Part shown: piece after piece, positions 1 through 8,862 of the stretch
How the letters are laid out: each line of letters begins with the position of its first letter
How positions within the stretch are numbered: the first letter of the stretch is position 1
DNA from: an uncultured bacterium
Lineage (GTDB): Bacteria > Acidobacteriota > Aminicenantia > Aminicenantales > Aminicenantaceae
Assembly (NCBI GenBank): GCA_965533275.1
Contig: CBESWG010000007.1
Coordinates: forward strand, 27,440-91,439
DNA length: 64,000 nucleotides
Direction of reading: 5' to 3'
The notes under the pieces: model-generated
What the model saw: only the letters and a program-made list of their open reading frames with translations
Database searches by the model: none
Told to the model about the DNA's origin: nothing
Made by a program: the position numbers and the translations under genes

Positions 1-60
1 CAGGACCAGAGAGAGGAACCCGGCGATACCGACAAACCTTATGTACGATTGTTTTCTCAT
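1..60 (-). CDS. possible 5' end of a secreted/membrane protein gene that runs off the left edge (partial)
   Basis: Reverse complement of 1-60 reads ATG AGA AAA CAA ... = MRKQSYIRFVGIAGFLSLVL, a basic N-terminus followed by a hydrophobic stretch (signal-peptide-like). Only 20 codons are visible and there is no clear SD. Confidence 0.25.
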   Translation of the reverse strand, partial: MRKQSYIRFVGIAGFLSLVL

Positions 61-178
61 GGCTCACTTATATCAGAAAGCGCGGCTTCGGAGCAAGACG
101 GGAAAAGGTTTCTGCCTCTGCTAGCCCTTCACTCCCCCCAGGATCCGTGCTCGAAATCCTGCCGTATACAGAATAGGG

Positions 179-208
179 ATGACGGGTCCTCTGGTTTTTT
201 CTATAATG
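179..208 (+). promoter_or_regulatory. putative sigma70-type promoter of the trehalase gene
   Basis: ATGACG (179-184), 18-nt spacer, perfect TATAAT (203-208). AAGGA at 219-223 and ATG at 231. Motif match by eye only. Confidence 0.3.
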
Positions 209-230
209 AGGCCTGCGAAAGGATAAAGAC

Positions 231-1547
231 ATGCCGGATAATAAGGAATTCAGGGCAAGCTGGAATGAGATAAATACCCGGATCGGAGTGTGGTGGGACG
301 AAGACCTGCATACCGCACACGAACCTGAACTGCGTGATCCGCAGCAAAACACGATCTGGTATGCGGACGATGGGCACCGGGAGGAGGAGGCAAAGCGGAT
401 CCGGGATCGAGGACCCACCCTCCTTTATCTTCCCTTCCCCTATGTGGCTTCGGGAGGATCCGAGGGATCCTTTCCCGAGATGTATGCCTGGGATGTCTAT
501 TTCATAAACCTTGGGCTGGCCGTCCATGGACGCACCGAACTCATCCGCAACCACATCCTCAACCAGCTGTTCCTGATCGAGCGGTATGGGATGGTGCTCA
601 ACGGGAACCGCACCTACTATCTCAAGCGCAGCCAGGTGCCCAACCATCCCGAGAGCCTCCGCCTGCTCCATCGTCTCAAACCGGACCGTGACCTCATCGC
701 CCGGGCTTATCCTCTGCTCAAACAGGAATACACAGGGTATTGGATGGCTGAACATCATGCCACCCCCTCGGGGTTGGCCACCAACAGGGACCTCGGGGAG
801 CTGTCAGGAAACGGCGAAGCACTATCACCCATCTCGCTGCGGCCGGAACTGGCGGCCGAAGCAGAGGCCCTGGATTTCACCTCCATCTTTGAGGGCGACA
901 TCCGAAGCTGCAATCCCCTCATCACCAACTGCGCCCTGGTGCGCTATTGCGACACACTCTCCTGGATGGCCGGCATACTGGACTGGGAAGACGAACTGCT
1001 GGCCTGGCAGGAGGAGAAGGCCCGGCGCTCCAACCTGATCCAGGACCTGTGTTGGGACGCGTCCCAAGGATTCTTCTTCGAATACAATTTCCAAAAGAAA
1101 ACACAGCTGCCGTACTGGTCTCTGTCCGCCTTCTGGGCGATGTGGGCGGGCGTAGCCAGCAAGGCCCAGGCCCAGGATATGGTCCGGAACCTGGAGAGGT
1201 TCGAGCACGCTTTCGGACTGGCTCAGACAGACCGTGCTTATCCCAGCCCCCACCCAGAATACGCGGCCCTGCAGTGGGATTTTCCGCATGGCTGGCCTCC
1301 CTCCCATGTGATCGTGGTCGATGCGCTGGAAGCCTATGGCTACGAGGTAGAGGCCCGCCGCATTGCCCGCAAGTTCGTGGAGCTCCAGCTGCGCCTGTAT
1401 GGGACTACTGGCCGGCTCTGGGAAAAGTACAACGTGGTGGAAGGGAACCTGGATCTGCCCCGGGAGCGCTACCCGTCCGTGCCCATGCACGGCTGGAGCT
1501 CTGCGGCCCTGGCTTATTTAGGGAACATGCTCTTCGGCTGGGAGTAA
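231..1547 (+). CDS. glycoside hydrolase family 37 trehalase (no signal peptide, cytoplasmic type)
   Basis: 438-aa ORF. Both GH37 signature blocks are visible: SFPEMYAWDVYF (F-x-E-x-Y-x-W-D-x-Y) and QWDFPHGWPP (Q-W-D-x-P-x-G-W-P-P). Confidence 0.9.
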   Translation: MPDNKEFRASWNEINTRIGVWWDEDLHTAHEPELRDPQQNTIWYADDGHREEEAKRIRDRGPTLLYLPFPYVASGGSEGSFPEMYAWDVYFINLGLAVHGRTELIRNHILNQLFLIERYGMVLNGNRTYYLKRSQVPNHPESLRLLHRLKPDRDLIARAYPLLKQEYTGYWMAEHHATPSGLATNRDLGELSGNGEALSPISLRPELAAEAEALDFTSIFEGDIRSCNPLITNCALVRYCDTLSWMAGILDWEDELLAWQEEKARRSNLIQDLCWDASQGFFFEYNFQKKTQLPYWSLSAFWAMWAGVASKAQAQDMVRNLERFEHAFGLAQTDRAYPSPHPEYAALQWDFPHGWPPSHVIVVDALEAYGYEVEARRIARKFVELQLRLYGTTGRLWEKYNVVEGNLDLPRERYPSVPMHGWSSAALAYLGNMLFGWE

Positions 1548-1600
1548 GAATCTTGGCCTGAAGCCATCTGAACAGCGAGCTCAGATCCGGCCTTCTGTGC

Positions 1601-4237
1601 TTATTCCTGCCTTCCTCCGCAGACCTTGCGGAAAATCCGGCTGAAGTTGCCGCCCAGGATCTTTTTGATGTCGCTGTCCTTGTATCCTCGGTGGAACAGT
1701 TCGGTGGTGATGTTGGCCAGCTTGCCGGTGTGTTCAAGTCCGACCGGGGTTGTGCCGATCCCGTCGAAGTCGGAGCCCAGCCCAACGTGGTTGGCGTTGC
1801 CGGTCACCTTGACCACATGATCGATGTGGTCGACCACGGTCTTGATGTCCACCGGGGGAAGAGAATCCCTCAGCTCCCGGGCTTTTTCTCGGTACTCCTG
1901 GTTGAACTTCCTCCGGATTTCAGCTTCGGAACGCATCAGCTCCCGCTGGTCCCGGGGCAGGCCGTACTTGTCGAGCAGCCGGTTCCTGAGTTCCTGGATC
2001 TTCAAGTCATTCTCCGCCTTGAGAAAACCCGGGAGGTAGTTGATGCCGATCATCCCTCCGTTCTTGGCCAGTGCCTTCAACATCTTGTCCGAGAGGTTGC
2101 GGTGGTGATCGGAGAGCGCCCGGCAGCAGGAGTGCGAGGCCACGACCGGATGCTCTGTGAGCTCCAGGACATCCCAGAAGGTCATTTCATGGGAGTGGGA
2201 CAGGTCGATGACCATACCCAGGCGGTTCATCTCCTTGACAACCTGTTCGCCGAACTCGGTCAGCCCCTGGTTGGCCGGCTCCGCGTCGCCTGAGGCGTCT
2301 GCCCAACCCGTGGTAGTCCAGTGTGTGAGCGTCATGAGACGCACGCCGCTGCGGTAAAAGGAGCGCAGCATCGGTAGGCTGCTCTCGATGGCATAGCCCC
2401 CCTCGATCCCGATGAGTATCCCGACCTTGTGGTTGGCGCGCAGCCCCCGCAGGTCGTCGGGGTGGGTGATGAGGAGGAGGTCATCGGGATTGTCTTCGAC
2501 TAGGCGGTGTACGGCATCGATCTGGACGAAGGCCCGCTTGGCCGCCTGCATGCTGGCCTCGTCGTTCTGGGGCGGAGCCACATAACAGGCAAAGACCTCG
2601 AGGTCCACCGCACCCTGCTGAAGCTTGGGGATGTCGATGTGTCCGCGCTCGTTGTCCAGGGACAGGTCCACGCCGCGTAGTGTGCGTCCGATGGTGTCGC
2701 AGTGCAGGTCGGCCACGAAGGAGTCTTTGTGGATGAAGTTGATGTGGTGTGAGGGATCGAGCAGGTCCTCCCGCGCGTCGGCCAGGAAGGTGATGATGTC
2801 GATGTGATACTCGGCGGAGAGCACCAGCAGCTCGGGCCGGATGGTGGACGCGATATCTCCCAGGCGGTGGTATTCCGGGTGTTCGTCATCCAGCTCACGT
2901 GTCAGCACGTTCCCTGTCCTGAGACTGATGGAGGTGACACCTACGGGCAGGAAGGCGCTGTGGTCGGAGCCCCGGTAGTCCAGGCGGAACCGGAGCTTGT
3001 CGTGATATTTCTCAGGCAGGTTCTGTTTGATGAGTTCGAAAAAGTCCGAGAAGTCCCACATGCCGCCCACATAGAGGTCGTCATCGCCGGTCCCGACCAT
3101 GTCCATGTTCATGTAGACCACGGTTTTATCCAGAGGAAAGATCGGATTCTTGGTATAATAGCGCGACCCCACAAGCCCCAGTTCCTCGCCGGCCCATGAG
3201 GCGAACACCACAGTGCGGCCGGGCCGGAAACCGTTCGCCTGGAAGACGCGGGCGACCTCCAGGATGACGGCCGCAGAGCCGGCATTGTCATCAGCCCCGT
3301 TGTAGACCTTCCCATCAAGATCGACGCCCAGGTGGTCCAGATGGCCTCCCAGCAGGATGTATTCGTCCTTGAGCTCGGGATCACTGCCGGGGATGATCCC
3401 GATCACGTTGGGGGCCTTGCGGTTCTCGTTTACGTAGTGGGCTTCCATCTTCACCCGGACATCCAGGGCGGAAGTGAGAGAGATTTCCTCGCGGATGGTC
3501 CGGCTCGCCATGTCCCGCCAGCTGAGCCCGGCCGAGTCGAAGATCCGGTCCGCTGCGGGCTCCGACAGGGTCATCACCACAAAATTCTTTGGGCATGTGT
3601 CCTTCTTAGCCCCGGAGGGGTAGCGGCGCCCCGGCATCTGCCCTCCCGCATCGATGAAGAGGACGCCGGCCGCTTTCTTGTCGACCGCGGTCTTGATCTT
3701 GGCATCGAGGGACTGGAGCTTCTTGTCCAGTTCCTCCATGAAATCCGGTGCCCCGGGCAGGAGCACGACGACCTTCCCCTTCACCTCCAGGCCGGCGTAG
3801 TCGTCCCACTCATACTGCTTGGATATCAGGCCGTAGCCCGCAAAAACCAGCCCACCGCGGGATCTGCCCGATCCCGTCCACATGTTGGGTCGGAAATCCG
3901 CGCCCCGGCCCGGTACCAGGACAACTCGCTCCGGGTGTGTGATCTCAAGGCGTGTGGGAGGCTCGAAATCCTGCCAGTTCTTGAACTCGACCTGCTGAAA
4001 ATAGCTTCCCTTTTCTCCGCCCGGCTGCATGCCGAATTCCTTCATCTTCCAAGCGACATATTCGGCCGCCCTCTGGTATTCGGGTGTGCCCGACTTGCGG
4101 CCCCGGAAGGCATCCGTAGACAGGTATTCCACATGCTTCAATGCCTTCTCGCCATCGGGCAGGGTCTGGGCCAGAAGCGGCCAGCTGCATATCAGGATCA
4201 GGAAGAAACAGAGAATGATCGGCAGGCTTCTTCTCAT
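1601..4237 (-). CDS. secreted fusion peptidase: PA-domain M28 aminopeptidase (N-terminal half) + M19 membrane-dipeptidase-type domain (C-terminal half)
   Basis: Start moved from 4396 to ATG 4237: MRRSLPIILCFFLILICSWPLLAQ signal peptide, AGGAG 7 nt upstream. M28 blocks: HLDHLG, GADDNAGS, GEELGLVGS, MDMVG, SDHSAF. M19 blocks: DLHCDT, TLTHW, IDLSHSH, VASHS, GLGSDFDG. Confidence 0.85.
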   Translation of the reverse strand: MRRSLPIILCFFLILICSWPLLAQTLPDGEKALKHVEYLSTDAFRGRKSGTPEYQRAAEYVAWKMKEFGMQPGGEKGSYFQQVEFKNWQDFEPPTRLEITHPERVVLVPGRGADFRPNMWTGSGRSRGGLVFAGYGLISKQYEWDDYAGLEVKGKVVVLLPGAPDFMEELDKKLQSLDAKIKTAVDKKAAGVLFIDAGGQMPGRRYPSGAKKDTCPKNFVVMTLSEPAADRIFDSAGLSWRDMASRTIREEISLTSALDVRVKMEAHYVNENRKAPNVIGIIPGSDPELKDEYILLGGHLDHLGVDLDGKVYNGADDNAGSAAVILEVARVFQANGFRPGRTVVFASWAGEELGLVGSRYYTKNPIFPLDKTVVYMNMDMVGTGDDDLYVGGMWDFSDFFELIKQNLPEKYHDKLRFRLDYRGSDHSAFLPVGVTSISLRTGNVLTRELDDEHPEYHRLGDIASTIRPELLVLSAEYHIDIITFLADAREDLLDPSHHINFIHKDSFVADLHCDTIGRTLRGVDLSLDNERGHIDIPKLQQGAVDLEVFACYVAPPQNDEASMQAAKRAFVQIDAVHRLVEDNPDDLLLITHPDDLRGLRANHKVGILIGIEGGYAIESSLPMLRSFYRSGVRLMTLTHWTTTGWADASGDAEPANQGLTEFGEQVVKEMNRLGMVIDLSHSHEMTFWDVLELTEHPVVASHSCCRALSDHHRNLSDKMLKALAKNGGMIGINYLPGFLKAENDLKIQELRNRLLDKYGLPRDQRELMRSEAEIRRKFNQEYREKARELRDSLPPVDIKTVVDHIDHVVKVTGNANHVGLGSDFDGIGTTPVGLEHTGKLANITTELFHRGYKDSDIKKILGGNFSRIFRKVCGGRQE

Positions 4238-4280
4238 GGGAGCGCTCCTATATTGAGGTTTGTCATGGCGAAAACTGTTC

Positions 4281-4308
4281 ATTATACTCGCATCGCCCAG
4301 GAATTTAA
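4281..4308 (-). promoter_or_regulatory. putative sigma70-type promoter of the M28-M19 peptidase gene
   Basis: On the minus strand: TTAAAT (4308-4303), 16-nt spacer, perfect TATAAT (4286-4281), about 45 nt upstream of ATG 4237. Motif match by eye only. Confidence 0.35.
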
Positions 4309-4356
4309 ACTGGGGACATCTGTCGTGGGGTTCTCGCTCCAAACGCTCCGCCCTGG

Positions 4357-5220
4357 CTAAACAGCTTCGTTTGTAAAGTGAATCCTCGTGAAACACTCCG
4401 GGATATGGGAGTCGTACACTCCGTGGGGATTAAAGGACCAACCCGGCGAGCGGTTCGCCTGGAGCCCGTTGTACGCCAGCGCCTCGAAACGCGAAAAATC
4501 CAGGCGCCAGGTATCTCCATCCTGCGGCGGCAGGGGGCCGCCTCCCGAAAGAGCCCGCATGCCCTTCCAGGGAAAGGCCAGCTCCACGGTCCAGCCCTGA
4601 TCCACATCGAAGCTGTCATTCAAGGTCCCCTGCACCTGGACAGCGACCTTAAGGCCTGGAAAGTCCCAGTCCTTGATGGCCCAGCGCCGCCCCCGGGGAT
4701 GTTTTCCGTCGCGCAGCTCGTCCTGGAAGCCTCCTAAAACATCCACCTCTCTGCTCAGGAGATCGAATTCGGGAGTGTCAAAGCGGCTGCCTCGAGAGTA
4801 TGCATCCTGCCAGATGTAGAACACCTCGTAGATGGTCCCCCTGGCGTTGATCTGGAACTCATAGTAGCAGTCCTTGCCCCCGATAAAGACTTCGATGTCG
4901 TTTTCAAGGTAAACGGGTGAATCACGTTCTGTGAAACGTGCCCGGACATCCGGCTCCTCCACCCAGAAGGCGATGTAGAGGTTGTCGTCATCCCAGAGTG
5001 CGGCCATGCGCGTGTCCCAGAAACCGGGTGCTCCCGTCACCATGTCCACGAATCGGGGAGAGCGCACGGCCCGGGACCAGCAGGCCTCGTCCAGCCGGCC
5101 ATCGATCTCGATCCGGTCCCGGGTCCTACAACAGGTATAATTGCCGATCTTGTCCTCGCTGCATCCGTAGCTTGTGCTCAAGTGGCCCTCCCGAAAGGAA
5201 TCGTAGCCTATTTTAATCAT
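4357..5220 (-). CDS. carbohydrate-binding family 9 (CBM9/DOMON-like) domain protein
   Basis: 287-aa ORF. The block IEIDGRLDEACWSRA...ALWDDDNLYIAFWVEE...YYEFQINARGTIYE resembles CBM9-like domains. No signal peptide seen. Confidence 0.6.
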   Translation of the reverse strand: MIKIGYDSFREGHLSTSYGCSEDKIGNYTCCRTRDRIEIDGRLDEACWSRAVRSPRFVDMVTGAPGFWDTRMAALWDDDNLYIAFWVEEPDVRARFTERDSPVYLENDIEVFIGGKDCYYEFQINARGTIYEVFYIWQDAYSRGSRFDTPEFDLLSREVDVLGGFQDELRDGKHPRGRRWAIKDWDFPGLKVAVQVQGTLNDSFDVDQGWTVELAFPWKGMRALSGGGPLPPQDGDTWRLDFSRFEALAYNGLQANRSPGWSFNPHGVYDSHIPECFTRIHFTNEAV

Positions 5221-5348
5221 AATCCAAGGCCGGAAGACAAGTTTTTTAGGCCTCTTCCGCGCCTGCAGTGATCCTTGGACGAAAATTTGTCAGATCCGTT
5301 GAACAAAACACCTGGTGTGTTCGTAGTAAGTTATAGAGGCAATAACAC

Positions 5349-5540
5349 GTGAAGATCATTCTCTGGTTTTTCCTACTGGTGCTGTGCTGGCCGCTGGCCC
5401 TGCTGCTTCTATTCCTGTATCCCCTCATCTGGCTGCTTATGCTGCCCTTTCGGTTGATAGGGATCACAGTGACCGCGCTGTTCGATTTTATCCGGGCCTT
5501 GTTCGGGTTCCCGGCCCGTGTGCTGCGCGGCAGCAGCTGA
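5349..5540 (+). CDS. small hydrophobic membrane protein (hypothetical, GTG start)
   Basis: 63-aa ORF MKIILWFFLLVLCWPLALLLLFLYPLIWLLMLPFRLIGITVTALF... with two or three hydrophobic segments. It lies between divergent genes. No recognisable family. Confidence 0.4.
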   Translation: MKIILWFFLLVLCWPLALLLLFLYPLIWLLMLPFRLIGITVTALFDFIRALFGFPARVLRGSS

Positions 5541-5685
5541 GGTCGATATGCGGACGCAGTGTCAGCTGCGGAGATATCCCAACGCCATTTCCTGAGTTCT
5601 GATGGATCGATCTCAGCTGTCAGATCGGGCCTGTCGATCTCCAGGCTTTTGTGTTTGTTGACCCCGTGGTAGAATAGGCAAAATC

Positions 5686-8145
5686 ATGACAATCCTGGAT
5701 CGGATCCTGCGCAGGCCCTCAAGCTCCGTTTCCCGAGGAGAAAAGGAACTGGGAACGCCTGTTTCCCTCAACACACGGGTGTGGAGACTGGTCCTGGTCA
5801 TCGCCGGCGGTACCCTCCTCATGCTGTTGGCCCTACAGTTCCTCGATCTGAATGCGTCGCTCCCCGCAGTCGCGGCCGGGACTGTGGCCCTTGCCACCTG
5901 GGTCTTGGCCGTCCGCATGCTCCTGCTCGATGCCCGCTTCCGGATCTTCTGGATCATCTGGCTGCTGGGGGGAGTGTCGATCATGCTGTCCCTCCCCGTG
6001 ACCGCGGGCATCTGGGTGGCGGCTGCGGCCTTTGCCTGGATCTTTCTGCTGTTCCGAAAATACAGGCCATTCTCCCACCTGACCCCCAAACGCCGTGCGG
6101 CTCTCTTTCTCATCTCCGTCCTGATGCTTTCTCTCCTGACCTTTGGGATGCTGACCACATCCCAGGAGGACGTGCGCATCCAGCTCTCCGATCAGTCGGT
6201 CGAAGCCGCCGAACTCCCGGCCCAGACGCCTGCTGCGATCGGTAAGAACATGTTTTTCTATTCGCTGAGCGCACTGCATACCTTCTGGTTCCTGAGCCTT
6301 TTCCACCTCTTCTTCCGCATCCGCCTTCACTTCATGCGCCTCCGGCCCAAGCTGGCTGTCAGCGCCTTCCTCCTGGTCCTGGTGCCCATGTTCCTGGTCA
6401 CGGTGATGGGCCTCCTGACCCTCTATGGGACGCTGGGAGAGAGCCGGGCCATCCGGGCAGCCAACCTCCTCAATGACTGGGCCGAGCAGGCTGTCCGGGA
6501 TGTGAATTTTGTGCACGGCCTTTCACCTGATTCCTTCGTCTATACCGAGGAGGATGGGATCACGCGGCAGAGGGGAACCCTGCCTCCCAACATCCCTCCC
6601 TTCATCGAGGCCCTCAAGGCCGCCGATCTCTCGTTCTCGGATTGGGATCCGGCTGCGGCGGGGACATATTTCCGCATCGATGATGATATCTGGCTGGTGG
6701 GGCTCGAGCGAATCGATGAATCGGGCCTCACCCTGTGGGCGGGACGCATCGACAGGGAAGTGATGGACAGGCTGGCCCGCATCCTGCACAGCGATTTCAA
6801 GATCTCCTACACCGAGACCCTGAGTTTCGGTACCGGCGAGGGCGAGGAGATCCAGACCTTGACCGTGGGAAACACAGCCCGCTCCGAGGGGCTATATGGC
6901 AGGCTGCCTCGGCCCGAGCCTTCAGGTGAAGCTGGCGAGGCGGCGCCTTCGCTCTGGAACCGCAGCCTCTATTTCGGAGTGTCCAGCATCCCCATGATGT
7001 TCTATCTGGAAGGAAAGTTCAGCCAGAAGACCGTACTTCTCCTGCTGGAAGGACGGCTCTCAGACATCGCGGTGGAACTGGCCGGGGCCCGCAATCCCCT
7101 GAGCCAGGCTGTGCTGGTCCTGCTGCTCGTCCTGGCGATCCTGCTCCTGATCCTCGAGCTGTTTGCTCTTTTCTTCGGCGTGCGGATAACGGCAGGGATC
7201 ACGTCCGCGGTCCGCGTCCTGCACCGGGGTACGCGCCGCATCGCGGCCGGCGACCTGGATTCCCGGATAGAACTCCCCAACGAAGATGAGCTCGGAGACC
7301 TGGCCGCCTCTTTCAACGAGATGGCGGCAGCGGTCAAGCAGGGGCAGGAAGAGGCCATCTCCCGGGAGCGTCTGGAAAGTGAGTTGGAGACGGCCCGCAA
7401 GATCCAGGAGCGGCTCCTGCCCCACACGATGCCGGAAGTGTCGGGATTCGAGATCTCCGGGATCAGCCTCCCCAGCCAGCAGGTGGGGGGAGACTACTTC
7501 GACTTCCTGGATATGGGAGAGGGACAGCTGGGGATAGCCATCGCGGACGTCTCGGGCAAAGGCATCCCCGCGGCCCTGCTCATGGCCAACCTGCAGGCCA
7601 GCCTGCATGCCCAGGTGATCCGGCCTGGAGAGGTAGGTGAGGTCACCTCCCGGATCAACGATCTCCTGGTGGATTCGACAGACTCGAACATGTTCGCGAC
7701 CTTCTTCTACGGCATCCTGGATCGGGCTGCGTCCACCTTCACGTCTACTAACGCGGGCCACAATCCGCCTCTGCTCTTGAGGGTGGCCGGCGAGATCGAA
7801 CGCCTCGAAGCCGGGGGCCTTCTCCTGGGTTTCATGGCCGAGCAGGAATATCAGCATCAGACTGCGACAATGGAACCAGGTGACATCCTGGTGCTGTTTA
7901 CAGATGGGATCACCGAGGCATTCGAGTCGGGCCTGGAAGTTGTCGCCGATGGCCTCTTCGGTGAGGACAGGTTCATAGCGGTCGTCCGGGAAAACAGGTC
8001 TAGCTCAGCCCGGGAGATTCAGAATGCGATCCTGGTTGCCATTTCGGATTTTACGGGGGGCTCTCCCCAGAGTGATGATATAACCCTGGTTGTCATCAAA
8101 AGGCGGGAGAAAACCGCGTTGGAAGCCGGTGGTGGTGGAGAATGA
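5686..8145 (+). CDS. membrane sensor phosphatase: multi-TM N-terminus + extracytoplasmic region + HAMP + PP2C/SpoIIE (RsbU-like) domain
   Basis: 819 aa. HAMP-like linker AAGDLDSRIELPNEDELGDLAASFNEMAAAV. SpoIIE/PP2C blocks: GGDYFDF, IADVSGKGIPAAL, FTDGITEA, SDDITLVVI. Confidence 0.85.
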   Translation: MTILDRILRRPSSSVSRGEKELGTPVSLNTRVWRLVLVIAGGTLLMLLALQFLDLNASLPAVAAGTVALATWVLAVRMLLLDARFRIFWIIWLLGGVSIMLSLPVTAGIWVAAAAFAWIFLLFRKYRPFSHLTPKRRAALFLISVLMLSLLTFGMLTTSQEDVRIQLSDQSVEAAELPAQTPAAIGKNMFFYSLSALHTFWFLSLFHLFFRIRLHFMRLRPKLAVSAFLLVLVPMFLVTVMGLLTLYGTLGESRAIRAANLLNDWAEQAVRDVNFVHGLSPDSFVYTEEDGITRQRGTLPPNIPPFIEALKAADLSFSDWDPAAAGTYFRIDDDIWLVGLERIDESGLTLWAGRIDREVMDRLARILHSDFKISYTETLSFGTGEGEEIQTLTVGNTARSEGLYGRLPRPEPSGEAGEAAPSLWNRSLYFGVSSIPMMFYLEGKFSQKTVLLLLEGRLSDIAVELAGARNPLSQAVLVLLLVLAILLLILELFALFFGVRITAGITSAVRVLHRGTRRIAAGDLDSRIELPNEDELGDLAASFNEMAAAVKQGQEEAISRERLESELETARKIQERLLPHTMPEVSGFEISGISLPSQQVGGDYFDFLDMGEGQLGIAIADVSGKGIPAALLMANLQASLHAQVIRPGEVGEVTSRINDLLVDSTDSNMFATFFYGILDRAASTFTSTNAGHNPPLLLRVAGEIERLEAGGLLLGFMAEQEYQHQTATMEPGDILVLFTDGITEAFESGLEVVADGLFGEDRFIAVVRENRSSSAREIQNAILVAISDFTGGSPQSDDITLVVIKRREKTALEAGGGGE

Positions 8146-8163
8146 TCCGGAGAACCTGGGCTA

Positions 8164-8862
8164 CTAGTGGGAGGGAACACCCTTGATCTGGTCGTTTTCC
8201 TCCTCCTCCTTCTTCTTACGACTGATCGAGATGCCGGAGCGGCTCTTTTCATCGATCATCGTTTCCAGTTCTGGCACACTCCTGACATAATCCAGGAACT
8301 CCCGGATCCCACGCATGTAAAACAGATTCCGCACATTGCGTGCGGTCAGGCAGCCATCCGTCTCCAGCTTGGGCAGGATCGCCTTGGCATAGTTGGTGTA
8401 CCAGTTTTTATCGGCGTCGATGAATACGAAGTCGAACGGGCCCTCCAATTTGGGGACCAGTTCATGCGCGTCTGCCAGGCGCGCATCGATAAACTCGCTT
8501 AAGCCGGCCTTTTTGAAGTTCTCCAGAGCTTTCTGGTGGCGGTACTCGTCGATCTCGACCGTGATCAGACGGCCTCCCGTCTTGCTCAATGCCCAGGCTA
8601 TCCAGATGGCCGAATGCCCTGTGGAAGTGCCGATGTCCAGAGCCCTGGTGTACTCATTCTCCACGATCAGATCGAACAGGACCTTCCCGTCTTCCTCAGC
8701 CACATTTTCATAACGCCATTGGTATTGATGGCTGTCCAGGAAGGCCTGGACCTTGCGGTCGATCTCCTCGGCTTGTGTGTCTTGGCCGGAATCCAAAAGG
8801 ACGGCCTGGGACAGCAGGGAAACCACGGCGACAGCGGTCAGGAGCCTAAGGTGTGTCCGCAT
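8164..8862 (-). CDS. class I SAM-dependent O-methyltransferase (family 3, caffeoyl-CoA-OMT-like) with hydrophobic N-terminal leader
   Basis: Start moved to ATG 8862 (MRTHLRLLTAVAVVSLLSQAVLL). Blocks: LDIGTSTGHSAIWIA (SAM motif I), ITVEID, FDFVFIDADK. The start overlaps the stop of the upstream permease by 17 nt. Confidence 0.8.
   Translation of the reverse strand: MRTHLRLLTAVAVVSLLSQAVLLDSGQDTQAEEIDRKVQAFLDSHQYQWRYENVAEEDGKVLFDLIVENEYTRALDIGTSTGHSAIWIAWALSKTGGRLITVEIDEYRHQKALENFKKAGLSEFIDARLADAHELVPKLEGPFDFVFIDADKNWYTNYAKAILPKLETDGCLTARNVRNLFYMRGIREFLDYVRSVPELETMIDEKSRSGISISRKKKEEEENDQIKGVPSH

Noticed and set aside
49-273. A plus-strand reading frame open from the left edge to 273 (the track lists a 74-aa ORF at 49..273 within it).
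   Set aside because: It overlaps the trehalase start and promoter region and has no recognisable motifs. The minus-strand signal-peptide-like start at position 60 is a better, though still weak, explanation of the left edge.
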